64,000 nt of DNA from positions 672,001-736,000 of the forward strand of contig CAWAUV010000007.1 in assembly GCA_963785305.1 (NCBI GenBank), given 5' to 3'. Position numbers and translations under genes: made by a program. Below the pieces are notes generated by a model. That model worked only from the letters and a program-made list of their open reading frames with translations, had not been told where the DNA came from and searched no databases. Origin of the DNA: an uncultured Planctomycetaceae bacterium (lineage in GTDB: Bacteria; Planctomycetota; Planctomycetia; Pirellulales; PALSA-1355). Shown here one piece after another: positions 12,801 to 21,651 of this stretch; the first letter of the stretch is position 1, and each line of letters starts with the position of its first letter.

Positions 12801-14624
12801 GCCGCCGCTAGCGGTGAGGGTTTCGCTATAGGCCGTGCCCTTGGTGGCGTTCGGCAAAGTCGAGGGGCTGAGCGTGATCGTGGTCGAGGCGCCCACGGTC
12901 AGTGTGTAGTTCTGGGTGAGCGTGGCGCCGGCGGTGTCGGTCACGTTCACGGTGAAGCTGAGCGATCCGGCGGCGGTGGGCGTGCCGGAGATGACCACCG
13001 TGCCGGCGCTTGTGCTGGTGGTGATGTCGCTCGCGGTGAGCCCGGTCGTGCCTGCCGAGAAGTTCGTGATCGTGAGCGCGGTGTATGGCGTCGTTCCGCC
13101 CGAGACGGTGATCGTCTGGTTGTAGGCGGCGCCGGCCGTGGCATTGGGGAGCGAGGTCGGGGTGATCGCCAAGACATTATTGACGGTCACGCTATAAGCT
13201 TGCGAGGCCGTGGCGCCGCTGCTGTCGGTGGCGGTGATTGTGAACGACACCGGCGAGGTGCTGGCCGTGGTCGGAGAGCCCGAGATCGTGGCCGTGCCGT
13301 TGCTGTTGGTGGTGAGACTCAGGCCCGTGGGCAAGGAGCCGAGGCTGACGCTGTAGGTGTAGGAGCCCGATCCGCCGCTGGCGGTGATTGTCTGGCTGTA
13401 GGCCGTGTTTTCCGTGGCGTTGGGCAGTGTCGTGGGAGCGATGGCCAAGGCATTGTCGACGGTGATCGAATAGGCCACGCTGGTGGTGTTGCCCGCGGAA
13501 TCACTGAGATCGATGGTGAACGATACCGGCGTCGTGCTGGCCGTGGTCGGCGTGCCGCTGATGACGCCTGCGCTCGAAAGCGCGAGCCCGACGGGTAGCG
13601 CGCTGCCCGAAGCGAGGCTGAAGCTGTAGCCGGTTCCCGAGCCGCCCATGGCGGTGAGGGTTTGGTTGTAAGCGGTGTTCGCGGTCGCCGCGGGCAAAGT
13701 GCTGGGCGAGATCGCGAGCGCGGCGTCGACCGTGTACGACGGGCCCGCGAAGAGCACCGCTCCGCTGCCGCTGCCCAGAGCCGCGCCCGAGGTGCTGGTG
13801 ATCAGGCCGGCGTCGATCAGGTTCAGACCCAGGGTGTTGTTGCTGCCGGTGACCGTGCCGGTGTTGACGGACACGGTGTAGGTGCTTCCGCTGCCGGTCA
13901 CATTGCTGACATACGCGCCGGTGATGCCGGAGGAAGCATTCACCGCGAACGAGTTGGCGTCGACGCCGGTCACCGCTTCGTTGAAGGTGACGGTGTAGTT
14001 CACGGTCGAGGCCGTGGTGGGATTCGCGCTGGCCAGGGCGATCGACGTGGCCACCGGAGCGCTCGTGCCGTTGGTGGCGATCAGATTCGTGTAGAACTCT
14101 TGGGCATTGGGGGTCGAGGCGAGGAACAGGTTGATGCTGATGCCCTGGAGATCGAGGCCCTTCTCGCTGAAGTTGTAGCCGGTTCCGGTCTGGTCGGCGG
14201 TGAGCGTGATACCGGAGATCGAATTGGTTCCGGTCGTCCCGCCCGCGGAGCCGGCGAAGCTCACGCCCGCGGTGATTTTCGCGGGCTGGGCTTCGGTGAG
14301 GGTGTAGGTTCCGGCGGCGAGGTTGCTGAAGGTGTAGGTTCCGTTGGCCCCGGTGGTCGTGGTCTGGCTGGCGACGGTGGTCCCGCTCGAATTGGTCCCG
14401 CTGAGCGTGATCAGCACTCCGGGGAGCACGGTGTCCGAGGCGGTGAGCGCGTTGTTATTGTGGTCGACATAGACCGTGCCGCTCACGGTGGCGAGCATCT
14501 GGCGTCCTTCGAGCGACTCGAGCCGCAGGCCCCGGCGACTGGCGGCCGGATTCGCGCGTTGCGAGCGGTGCGAGAAGGGGAGCAGGTTAAGAAGAGCCGC
14601 GAGACCTTGACGCCAAATACCCAT
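6882..14624 (-). CDS. Giant Thr/Ser-rich surface protein (2580 aa): planctomycete extracellular leader, SdrD-B-like domain, He_PIG/putative-Ig repeats, C-terminal bacterial Ig-like repeats
   Basis: RGLRLESLEGRQMLA leader; SGTVYVDHNN...GTYTFSNLAAGTYTLTEAQP; repeated LPNAT.GTAY.QT..A.GG..LP.GL.L..G.ISG.PT units; repeated ITTVTNPI...WSI.GIDVS.LADG.IT.TATA units. The ORF is uninterrupted. Confidence 0.85.
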   Translation of the reverse strand: MGIWRQGLAALLNLLPFSHRSQRANPAASRRGLRLESLEGRQMLATVSGTVYVDHNNNALTASDTVLPGVLITLSGTNSSGTTVASQTTTTGANGTYTFSNLAAGTYTLTEAQPAKITAGVSFAGSAGGTTGTNSISGITLTADQTGTGYNFSEKGLDLQGISINLFLASTPNAQEFYTNLIATNGTSAPVATSIALASANPTTASTVNYTVTFNEAVTGVDANSFAVNASSGITGAYVSNVTGSGSTYTVSVNTGTVTGSNNTLGLNLIDAGLITSTSGAALGSGSGAVLFAGPSYTVDAALAISPSTLPAATANTAYNQTLTAMGGSGTGYSFSLASGSALPVGLALSSAGVISGTPTTASTTPVSFTIDLSDSAGNTTSVAYSITVDNALAIAPTTLPNATENTAYSQTITASGGSGSYTYSVSLGSLPTGLSLTTNSNGTATISGSPTTASTSPVSFTITATDSSGATASQAYSVTVNNVLAITPTSLPNATAGAAYNQTITVSGGTTPYTALTITNFSAGTTGLTASDITTSTSAGTVVISGTPTAAGSLSFTVNVTDTAGATLTQNYTLTVGASTTITLSPSTLPNATKGTAYSETLTASGGSGTGYSFSLASGSTLPAGLTLSTAGVISGSPTTASTTPVSFTVDVTDSAGNTGSQAYSVTVNNVLAITPTTLPNATAGTAYNQTITVSGGTTPYTALTITNFSAGATGLTASDITTSTSAGTVTIAGTPTAAGSLSFTVNVTDTAGATLTQNYTLTVGASTTITLSPTSLPNGTTGTAYNETLTATGGSGTGYSFSLASGSALPAGLSLSTAGVISGSPTTASTTPVTFTVDVTDSEGNTGSQAYSVYVNTAGFTLSPSTLPGATEGTAYDQTITATGGTGAVTFSVSSGSLPAGLKLTDNGDGTATISGTTTSSSTTPVAFTISATDTHGDAVTQSYSIAANAALSITPTSLPNAAAGAAYNQTITVSGGTTPYTALTITNFSAGTTGLTASDITTSTSAGTVVISGTPAAAGSLSFTVNVTDTAGATLTQNYTLTVGASTTITLSPSTLPNATVNTTYSQTLTASGGSGTGYAFYLANGDSLPAGLQLSTAGVISGQPTTASTTPVSFTVDVTDSAGNTGSQAYSVTVNNVLAITPTTLPNATAGTAYNQTITVSGGTTPYTALTITNFSAGATGLTASDITTSTSAGTVVISGTPTAAGSLSFTVNVTDTAGATLTQNYTLTVGASTTITLSPTSLPNGTTGTAYNETLTATGGSGTGYAFYLANGDSLPGGLQLSTSGVISGSPTTASTTPVTFTVDVTDSEGNTGSQAYSVYVNTAGFTLSPSTLPGATEGTAYSQTITATGGTGTVTFSVASGSLPAGLKLTDNGNGTATISGTTTSSSTTPVAFTISATDTNGDAVTQSYSIAANAALSITPTSLPNAAAGAAYNQTITVSGGTTPYTALTITNFSAGTTGLTASDITTSTSAGTVVISGTPTAAGSLSFTVNVTDTAGATLTQNYTLTVNAVAISITTVTNPINNVNDTQTSISGTAAVGATVSVTATDGTTTTNPYTVVVGAGGTWSISGIDVSGLADGTITYTATATLNGQSSSATITATKNTVSPIVSITSVTNPITSTNDTSVTASGAGQTGDTISLVATDSGTGKTTAYTTTVAAGAWSITGINVSSLADGAITFTATATNSFGSTNTATATATKNTTTAPAVTITTVTNPINNTNDTTTSINGTATAGSTVSVTATDGTTTTNPYTVVVGAGGTWSISGIDVSGLADGTITYTATATLNGQSSSATITATKNTVSPIVSITSVTNPITSTNDTSVTASGAGQTGDTISLVATDSGTGKTTAYTTTVAAGAWSITGINVSSLADGTITFTATATNSFGSTNTATATATKNTTTVAISITTVTNPINNVNDTQTSISGTAAVGATVSVTATDGTTTTNPYTVVVGAGGTWSISGIDVSGLADGTITYTATATLNGQSSSATITATKNTVSPIVSITSVTNPITSTNDTSVTASGAGQTGDTISLVATDSGTGKTTAYTTTVAAGAWSITGINVSSLADGTITFTATATNSFGSTNTAAATATKNTTGAPTIAITTVTNPITSANDATTTISGTATPGSSVSVTATDGTTTTNPYTVVVGAGGTWSISGIDVSGLADGTITYTATATLNGQTATATITSTKSTAAPSVAITTVTNPINNTNLVNVSIGGTATAGTTVTVTGSDGTNTTTPYTTTLAAGVTTWSISNIDTSGLNDGTITFTATASNGVNTGSATTTATKNTVAPNVSITSATDPINSTNDTNVSVAGAADSGDTISVVTTDGTTTTSAYTTTAAGGTWSISGVDLSSLAAGNITFTATATNSYGSTQNATLTSTKSNAAVPNVAFTNVTNPIGASNEASVTATGTGTANATVTLTATDGTNTTTTYNTVIGSNGQWTITGIDVTSLADGAITFNATVSNVGGSSTASTTATKDTAAPATPTITGVTNPINASNQNNVTINGSGNANDTISVVASDTAGNSTNPYKVSVGSGGTWSINSIDVSGLVNGTITFTVTATDAAGNTSQTTVTSTKS
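8085..10075 (-). repeat. Intragenic tandem repeat, 579/582-bp period (~3.4 copies, two Ig-like domains per unit)
   Basis: Near-identical shadow ORFs recur at 8435, 9014 and 9596, and at 8497, 9076 and 9658. Confidence 0.9.
10080..13200 (-). repeat. Intragenic higher-order repeat, 1407-bp period (843+564 bp sub-spacing), ~2.2 copies
   Basis: Shadow ORFs at 10133, 11540 and 12947 and at 10945 and 12352 are exactly 1407 bp apart. The TPYTALTITNFSAG domain occurs five times. Confidence 0.9.
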
Positions 14625-14923
14625 GAGAAAATGCCCCTATGAATCGGGTCGAGAGGTGGAGGACGACTTTTCCGGCAAACGAACTGGGCAGTTCGCATCG
14701 TCGCCGCCCGGCAGGCGTGTTCCGGCGCCGCCAGTGAGTTCCGCAGTGGGGAGAGCTTCATAGTAATTACGGAAAATGGCGGAATCAATCACCTAAGCGT
14801 CACAGTTTCGCGCCCGGGACCGGCCAAGGCGTGCCGGTCGTAGCGATGGCGCACGAGGCGCGTCGTTGGCCAAGAACTGCCGCCCGAGGGAAATAGGCCG
14901 ACTGGGCAGGGCTGATCGAGGTC

Positions 14924-15090
14924 GACCCTGGCAGCCCGTTGATTTATTCAGCGGGCTGCACGGTCGCATGGATGCGATCACAAAATAGCGACGCACGTCT
15001 GTTATTTTGCGAGCCTGCGTGCAGCTTTGCCGCGTGCATGGCGAGGTTGAAATAAGCCGCGAGGGCTTATTTCAACGGGCTGCCAGGGTC
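14924..15090. mobile_element. MITE-like element, family A (complete copy)
   Basis: Perfect 19-bp terminal inverted repeat GACCCTGGCAGCCCGTTGA / TCAACGGGCTGCCAGGGTC, several internal hairpins, no ORF. Related fragments at 27810, 39943 and 44383. Confidence 0.75.
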
Positions 15091-15525
15091 CATTGATTGC
15101 TGACAGTCGAAGAGGCGGGAATGGGTCGGCGGCGCCTCGCGAGCGGCGCCATTCGCGCCATCTTGCCATCAACTTTTGAAATTCAGCCGGGAGACTCAGC
15201 GCGTTTTGCTCACCTCTGGCGCCCATCCCGCGCGAGCGGCGCCCGGTTTTGATCGATCGCGATGTATGGCGATTCGCTCCGCAAGAAGGAGAAAATGCCC
15301 ATCGCGATCCCTCGATCAAGAGCTCGAAAGCAGCGCTCCGAGGGCCAGAAGCGACGATTCTAGCGGTCGCGCATTCGCGCGCGGTCCACGGCGGCGATCG
15401 GTCCCCTCGGCCCGCCGCCGCGATCGTTTGACACCCCACCATAAAGCATTTACAGTAAATGTCTTGCTGCCGTGTTGCGAAATGTTTGTCGCGCTTTTTG
15501 GGCGCCGATTAGATCGAGGCTTGGC

Positions 15526-16936
15526 GTGGCGGAAAAAGCTTGGTCGGGAGCGTTCAGCCAACCGACGGACGCCCTGGTCGAAAAATTCACCGAAAGCATC
15601 TCTTTCGACCGCCGGCTCTATGCCCACGACATTCGCGGATCGATCGCCCATGCGCACATGTTGGCCAAGGTTGGGCTCCTGTCGACCGACGAAGCCCGGC
15701 AGATTGAACAAAGCTTAGGCGAGATTCGCCGTCAAATTGAGCAAGGCGAGTTCCAGTTCCTCACCGAGCTGGAAGACATTCATATGCACATCGAAGGAGC
15801 GCTGATAGAGCGTTTGGGCGATGTAGGCAGGAAACTCCACACGGCCCGCAGCCGCAACGATCAAGTGTCGACCGACCTGCGGCTCTGGATTCGCGACGCC
15901 ATCGACGCGACCGACGCCCTTCTCGCGGCCCTGCAGCGGGCCTTTGTTTTGCGCTGCGATCGCGACCTCGATTGCATTCTGCCCGGCTATACCCACATGC
16001 AACGGGCCCAACCGGTGGCCGCGCCGCATTATTGGTTGGCCTACTGCGAGAAGTTGGATCGAGACCGGGGACGACTGTCCGATTGTCGGCGACGCGTCAA
16101 CATATTGCCGCTGGGCGCCGCGGCGCTGGCCGGCACGAGTTTGCCGATTGATCGCGACGAGGTGGCCCGGCGCCTGGAGTTCGACGGCGTGGCGGCCAAC
16201 AGCCTCGACGCCGTGAGCGACCGCGATTTTGCCCTTGAGTTCGTGTTCGCGCTGGTGATGATCGCCGAACATTTGAGCGGTTGGGCCGAAGAATGGATTC
16301 TCTGGACCACCAGCGAGTTCAATTTTCTCACCCTGCCGCAGGCCTTCTGCACCGGCTCGTCGATCATGCCGCAGAAGATCAATCCCGACACGCTCGAGCT
16401 CACGCGCGGGCGAACCGGCCGTGTCGTCGGCAGCTTGGCCAGCCTCTTGATGCTGGTCAAAGGCTTGCCGCTGGCTTACAACCGCGATCTGCAAGAAGAC
16501 AAGCTCCCGGTGTTCGAGGCGTTTGATGTGGTGAGCCAGTGCCTTGCCGTGGCCGCGCCACTGGTGGCTGGAGCCGAGCTCAACCGCGACGCGATCGCCC
16601 AGCGGCTCGACGCCGGACATCTCGACGCCACGACGTTCATGGAATATCTCATTCGCTTGGGAGTTCCGCAGCGCACGGCCCATCACATGGTCGGCTCGCT
16701 GGTGCGGCGCGGCTCGCGAGCGCGGCTGTCGGCTGGCCGATCTGCCGCTAAGTGAATTTCAACAGGCCCACGCCGCGCTCGATGGCGGAGTGTTCGAAGT
16801 GCTGGGCGTCGAGCGGGTGGTGGCGGCGTTTGTCAGTCAGGGGAGCGGTGGTCGGCGACACGTGGCCGAGCAAATCAAACGATGGAAAGAACGCTTGGCG
16901 AACGATCGCGCATCGGGTGAACCCGAGCTCGGCTAG
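15526..16936 (+). CDS. argH: Argininosuccinate lyase; frameshift near 16710
   Basis: [34 protein letters not shown] and [10 protein letters not shown] motifs. The C-terminus ([10 protein letters not shown]...) is in the 16544..16936 frame. GTG start inferred. Confidence 0.95.
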
Positions 16937-16979
16937 GCGGTCTTTACGCGCCGGTCTTTGTGGCGCCAAGGTGGTGGTG

Positions 16980-19586
16980 ATGATGGCCCATGCAATTCCG
17001 CACACGATGCGATACCAACGAGCGCGAGCGACCCGCGCGCGGCGCGGCGCATGGCTGCCCATGCTGCTGGCGCCGCTCGTTGCCTTGACGATTGTCGACC
17101 GCGCGGCGATGGGCGACGACGAGCCGGAAGCTCCGGCGACGGGCGCGCCGGCCGCGTCGCCGGCTTCGGCGCCAGTGCTCACGAGCAAAGGCAAGGAAGA
17201 CCCGCTCTTGCGCTCGTTGATCGAGGCCGATCCGAAAACCGCCCAGGAGATCACGCGCACGGTCAAGACGCTGATCGATGTGCGTCAACCAACACTGGCC
17301 AAGACATACTTGCAGCGGTTGATCGCCTTGAAGCTTCCGCCCGCCGAGAGCGACCGCTTGCTCGATGAGTTTGGAACACCGGTGTTCATCGAGATCACGC
17401 AAGTCCCGGAATTGGCCGCCGTGGCGGGCCCTTTCGTGCAAAAATTACTGGCCGATGCCCAGGCGTTTCGCCGTGATCCGGCCCGGCTGGCCACGATGAT
17501 CGCGGATCTCGGTTCGCAAGATCGCTACACGCGGCAAACGGCGCTCGATCAACTCGAGCGTTCGCGCGAGACGGGCGCGATGGCGATGATCGGCGTCTTG
17601 GCCGATCCGAAGCGGGCCGAGCAGCATGCCGCCGTGCGCGGCGCGCTCGCGCGAATGGGCGCCGCCGCGATCGGGCCGGCCGAAAGCGCGCTCCTGGCGC
17701 ACAATCCGGCGCTCGAGGCTCGAATCATCTCGCTGCTGGCCAAGCTCGAGGATAAGTCGGCGGCGATCCTGATGGTCCGCGCCGCGGTCGATCCCGCTTC
17801 GCCGCCGGAACTTTCGCGCGCGGCCCATGCGGCGATTCTCCAACTGCGAGGCAGCGAGGTAGCGCTCGACGACGGGCGCCAAGCGCTCGCCCGCGATATT
17901 CGCATGCTCCTTGACGCCGCGGTGCGACTCAGCGGTTCGGATCCCGCGTCGGCCGGCGCCGAGCTGCCGAAGCCCCCCGCTGCCGCTAAGAAAGGCGCTG
18001 CCAAAAAAGCCGCCGATACCGAAGACGGCGCGATTGCCGGCAATCCGGCGGTCGAGCCGCCGGTGTTTGCCGACGCTCCGATCTTGGTCGAAGTCTGGCG
18101 CTGGGATGCGAAGAAGCGGGCGCCCGTGCTCGCCATGGCGCCGCAAGCGATTGCGTGGGCCGATCGCGCCGATCAACTCGCCCAGGACTTGTTAGCGCTC
18201 GACGCCGGCGATGCCGATGCTTCCGCCGCCGTTTCTTCGGCCGCCGGCATCTCGCCGGTCCGCCCCGCGATGGCTCCCGAGCAAGCTGCCCAAGAGCGAG
18301 CGGCCCGGAATCGGCTGGCCCTGCTGGCGCGTTTGACGGCGGCGCGGCTCGATGGAGATTTGGATCAACCGCTGCCGGTGGGTGAAGGCACGGCGCATGA
18401 CTTGGCCGTGTCGTTTGGCGCCGAGCAGCTCAACGCCGCCCTGGCCCAAGCCCTGGCCGACGACAACCCGTTTGCCGCCGCCGCGGCCGCCGATATTTTG
18501 GGCGAGATTGGCTCGGCCGAACTGCTCACTCAGCAAGGCGCCCGGCGATCGCCGCTGGTCGACGCGTTGCAATCGGCCGATCGCCGGGTACGATTCGCCG
18601 CGCTGGGATCGATCGTAAAGCTCGCTCCCTCGGTTCGTTTTCCTGGCGACGGCTATGTGCCGTTGAGCCTGGCCTATTTCTCCAACACGCGCGCCGCGCC
18701 GCGAGTGCTGATTGGGCATCCGCGCCGCGACATGGGGCAATATCTCGCCGGCCTGCTCGCGGGCGAAGGGTATGAAACCGACATCGCCACCAGCGGCCGC
18801 GAAATGTTTCACCTGGCGAGCGCCTCGCCCGACTATGATTTTGTGCTGTTGCACTACGCGATTCGCGACCCGCAGCTCGATGATTTATTGACGACTCTCC
18901 GCCGCGATCCGACCACGCGTCGCATGCCGCTGGGTTTGCTCGCGCTTTCGCCCGATCTTCTTCGGGCCGAGCACATTGCCCAGAGCGTTCCGCCGGCGCT
19001 GGCGATGCTCGAGCCGGGGGCAGCCACGCAAATGGCGATTCGCACCGGTCAGCTTTTGCGGCTCCAAGGGCGAAATCGCGTGCCTTTCGCGGCCCGGCAG
19101 CGGCAAGCCCAGGCGGCCCTGGGATGGATCGGCAAGCTCGTGGCCGGCTCCACGAAAACATACGAACTGCGCTTCCTGACTCCGACCCTGATCGGGCTAT
19201 TGAATGTGCCCGGCTTCGAGAGCGCCGCGATCGAGCCACTTGTGGCGATTGGCGGCGCGCCGGCGGAGCTTGCGTTGCTCGATATTGCCGATAGCAACGT
19301 CCAGCCGCTTGAATTTCGGCAGCAAGCGGCGGCGGCGTTTGTCCGCTGTGTCGAGCGCCATGGCATATTGCTGAAGCGCGGCGAAATCGAGCGACAATAC
19401 GCGCTCTACAATGCGAGCGAGCGCTCGGGGGCCGAGATTCAAGCCGTGCTCGCCGCGGTGCTCGATGCGATCGAAGCCCGCGGCGGCGCCGAGAAGCCCG
19501 GCGAGGAGAAGCCCGGCGCCGAGAAGGCCGGCGCCGAGAAGGCCGCTACTGAACGTCCCGCCGAAAAACCCGCCGTAAAACAATAG
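16980..19586 (+). CDS. Large HEAT/helical-repeat protein with an internal receiver-like domain and probable export signal
   Basis: Basic then hydrophobic N-terminus, HEAT-like motifs (LVDALQSADRRVRFAALGSIVKL), a CheY-like segment at ~18700-19060 and an EKPGA-repeat tail. Start uncertain. Confidence 0.65.
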   Translation: MMAHAIPHTMRYQRARATRARRGAWLPMLLAPLVALTIVDRAAMGDDEPEAPATGAPAASPASAPVLTSKGKEDPLLRSLIEADPKTAQEITRTVKTLIDVRQPTLAKTYLQRLIALKLPPAESDRLLDEFGTPVFIEITQVPELAAVAGPFVQKLLADAQAFRRDPARLATMIADLGSQDRYTRQTALDQLERSRETGAMAMIGVLADPKRAEQHAAVRGALARMGAAAIGPAESALLAHNPALEARIISLLAKLEDKSAAILMVRAAVDPASPPELSRAAHAAILQLRGSEVALDDGRQALARDIRMLLDAAVRLSGSDPASAGAELPKPPAAAKKGAAKKAADTEDGAIAGNPAVEPPVFADAPILVEVWRWDAKKRAPVLAMAPQAIAWADRADQLAQDLLALDAGDADASAAVSSAAGISPVRPAMAPEQAAQERAARNRLALLARLTAARLDGDLDQPLPVGEGTAHDLAVSFGAEQLNAALAQALADDNPFAAAAAADILGEIGSAELLTQQGARRSPLVDALQSADRRVRFAALGSIVKLAPSVRFPGDGYVPLSLAYFSNTRAAPRVLIGHPRRDMGQYLAGLLAGEGYETDIATSGREMFHLASASPDYDFVLLHYAIRDPQLDDLLTTLRRDPTTRRMPLGLLALSPDLLRAEHIAQSVPPALAMLEPGAATQMAIRTGQLLRLQGRNRVPFAARQRQAQAALGWIGKLVAGSTKTYELRFLTPTLIGLLNVPGFESAAIEPLVAIGGAPAELALLDIADSNVQPLEFRQQAAAAFVRCVERHGILLKRGEIERQYALYNASERSGAEIQAVLAAVLDAIEARGGAEKPGEEKPGAEKAGAEKAATERPAEKPAVKQ

Positions 19587-19656
19587 CCCTGGGCGCCCAA
19601 TCCGTTTTTCAGGTTCACCTCGAGACTCCGATCTTTCACTTCGTCGTCGTTCGCGT

Positions 19657-20724
19657 ATGAGCACCAGCCCTTACCGCATTCCCGAAACCAACGGCAGCTC
19701 GCCGCCGATCGTGGGCCTGATCGGCTCGGGACCGGCGATGCAGAAGGTGTATCGGCTCACGCGCAAGGTGTCGGCCTCCGATGCCTCGGTGTTGCTCTTG
19801 GGCGAGACCGGCACCGGCAAGGAGCTGATCGCCAAGGCGGTGCATCAGATCAGCCATCGCGGCAGCGGTCCGTTCGTGCGGGTCAACTGCGGCGCGCTGA
19901 GCGAAAGCTTGCTCGAAAGCGAATTGTTCGGCCATGTGCGCGGAAGCTTCACCGGCGCCATCGCCAACCGCACCGGCCGATTCGAAGCGGCCCACACCGG
20001 CACCATCTTTCTCGACGAAATCAACTCCACCACGCCGAAGCTGCAAGTCAAACTGCTCCGGGTATTGCAGGAGCGCGAGTTCGAGCGCGTGGGCGACACC
20101 CAGACCGTGTTCGTCGACACGCGGGTCGTGGCGGCCAGCAATCGCGACCTGATGACCGAAGTGGCCAACGAACGTTTCCGCGAGGATTTGTATTATCGGC
20201 TCAACGTGGTGCCGATCCATCTGCCTCCGCTCCGCGAGCGCTCGGAGGACATTCCCGAGCTCGTGGCCCATTTCCTCACCTACTACAACGAAAAAAACGA
20301 GCGCTATGTGGTGCATATCCATCCGCAAGCGATGGACGCCCTGCGCGGATACCACTGGCCCGGCAATGTGCGCGAGCTGCAAAACTACATCGAGCGCGCG
20401 GTGGTGATGGCTTCGGGCGACGAGCTGACGAGCGACCTGTTGCCCGACTCGGTGCTCAAGGGTTCGCCGCCGCCGGCGACGCGGAGCAATCGTCCGGCGG
20501 ATTTGGAAACGCTGACCTTCGATCTCGTGCAGCAAGGCGTGACGATGGCGGGGGCGCAGGAAGACAACTTGCATGCCAAGATCGTGAACCGCGTGGAGCG
20601 GGAACTGATCGCCCAGGTGATGACGTCGTGCGACAATGTGCAGACCAAGGCGGCGTCGAAGCTGGGCATCAATCGCAACACGCTGCATAAGAAGCTCAAG
20701 GAATATGGTCTGGAAGAGGAATGA
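19657..20724 (+). CDS. Sigma-54-dependent transcriptional activator (AAA+ and Fis HTH, no N-terminal sensor domain)
   Basis: GETGTGKE, ESELFGHVRGSFTGA, FLDEI, RFREDLYYRL, WPGNVRELQN, HTH AASKLGINRNTLHKKL. Confidence 0.95.
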   Translation: MSTSPYRIPETNGSSPPIVGLIGSGPAMQKVYRLTRKVSASDASVLLLGETGTGKELIAKAVHQISHRGSGPFVRVNCGALSESLLESELFGHVRGSFTGAIANRTGRFEAAHTGTIFLDEINSTTPKLQVKLLRVLQEREFERVGDTQTVFVDTRVVAASNRDLMTEVANERFREDLYYRLNVVPIHLPPLRERSEDIPELVAHFLTYYNEKNERYVVHIHPQAMDALRGYHWPGNVRELQNYIERAVVMASGDELTSDLLPDSVLKGSPPPATRSNRPADLETLTFDLVQQGVTMAGAQEDNLHAKIVNRVERELIAQVMTSCDNVQTKAASKLGINRNTLHKKLKEYGLEEE

Positions 20725-20754
20725 AGCCTCCCCGGTTTTTGAAGATCGCCTGCC

Positions 20755-21651
20755 GTGAATTCCGCCGCCAGCATTGTCATCGCGCTGTTCGCCGCCTCGT
20801 ATTTCGCGGCGTGGCTCTTCGAGCTGGCCAAGCTCTGGGGACGCGCTTCGCGCGCGCGGCTGGCGCTCGGCGTCGCCATGTTCGGGCTCGTCGCCCAGGG
20901 GCTCTTCCTTGGCGATCGCGCAGTGCGCGTCGCCGGGCCGCCGCTTTCGAGCAGCTTCGATTGGTGTCTGCTCGCCGCTTGGATGCTCGCGGCCGTGACG
21001 GTCTATCTCGCGTGGCGTGATCCCCGCTCGGGCATGGGGCTTTTTCTCTGGCCGCTGGTGCTCGGGCTCACCGCCGCCGCCTCGGGATTCGCCGATCCGG
21101 CGCCGATCGCCGCCGAGCCCGCTTCCAAAATCTGGGGCGCCATTCACGGCGTTTTTCTCCTACTGGGCACGGTTGTCGTGATGCTTGGATTCACGGCCGG
21201 CGTGATGTATCTCGTGCAAGCCCGGCGATTGAAGCGCCACCGGCTCGGCGTGGGCGGCCTCAAACTTCCCAGCCTCGAATGGCTCGAGCAGGTCAATAGC
21301 CGTGTCGTGTTTCTCTCGGCGGTGCTGGTGAGCATCGGCTTCGCGGCGGGCTTGGTGCTCAATCGCGTGGGGGGGCGAACCGTGCTGCCCTGGACCGATC
21401 CGGTCGTGTGGAGCTCGGGGCTCATGCTCGGCTGGCTCGTGGCGGCGGCGGCGTTTAATGTGTTCTATAAACCGGCTCGACATGGCCGCAAAGTGGCCTA
21501 TCTCACGGTGGCGAGCTTCCTGTTTCTGATGATCGCGCTGGGAGTGTTCCTCTTGATCGACACTCGCCACGGCGGCCAGCGGCCCGAACACAAATCGGCA
21601 ATGGCCCTGGCCACGGGTCGCGGCGAAATCGCTTCCGAGGAGGCGGGCTGA
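20755..21651 (+). CDS. CcsA/HemX-family cytochrome c assembly membrane protein
   Basis: About 8 TM segments, IHG, MYLVQARRLK, LPSLEWLE and WTDP motifs. Stop overlaps the hemA start (TGATG). Confidence 0.8.
   Translation: MNSAASIVIALFAASYFAAWLFELAKLWGRASRARLALGVAMFGLVAQGLFLGDRAVRVAGPPLSSSFDWCLLAAWMLAAVTVYLAWRDPRSGMGLFLWPLVLGLTAAASGFADPAPIAAEPASKIWGAIHGVFLLLGTVVVMLGFTAGVMYLVQARRLKRHRLGVGGLKLPSLEWLEQVNSRVVFLSAVLVSIGFAAGLVLNRVGGRTVLPWTDPVVWSSGLMLGWLVAAAAFNVFYKPARHGRKVAYLTVASFLFLMIALGVFLLIDTRHGGQRPEHKSAMALATGRGEIASEEAG

Noticed and set aside
6882..14624. Diversity-generating retroelement or toxin cassette associated with the giant repeat gene
   Set aside because: No reverse transcriptase, no adenine-specific TR/VR pair noticed, and no toxin or immunity module at the C-terminus.
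4869..14642. Long antisense or alternate-frame ORFs (4869..6716, 8085..10670, 7702..9327 and similar ones elsewhere)
   Set aside because: These are shadows of GC3-biased genes, with Arg/Gly/His-rich translations and no recognisable motifs.
19485..19580. 15-bp EK(P/A)GA repeats at the end of the HEAT gene
   Set aside because: Ordinary low-complexity disordered tail.
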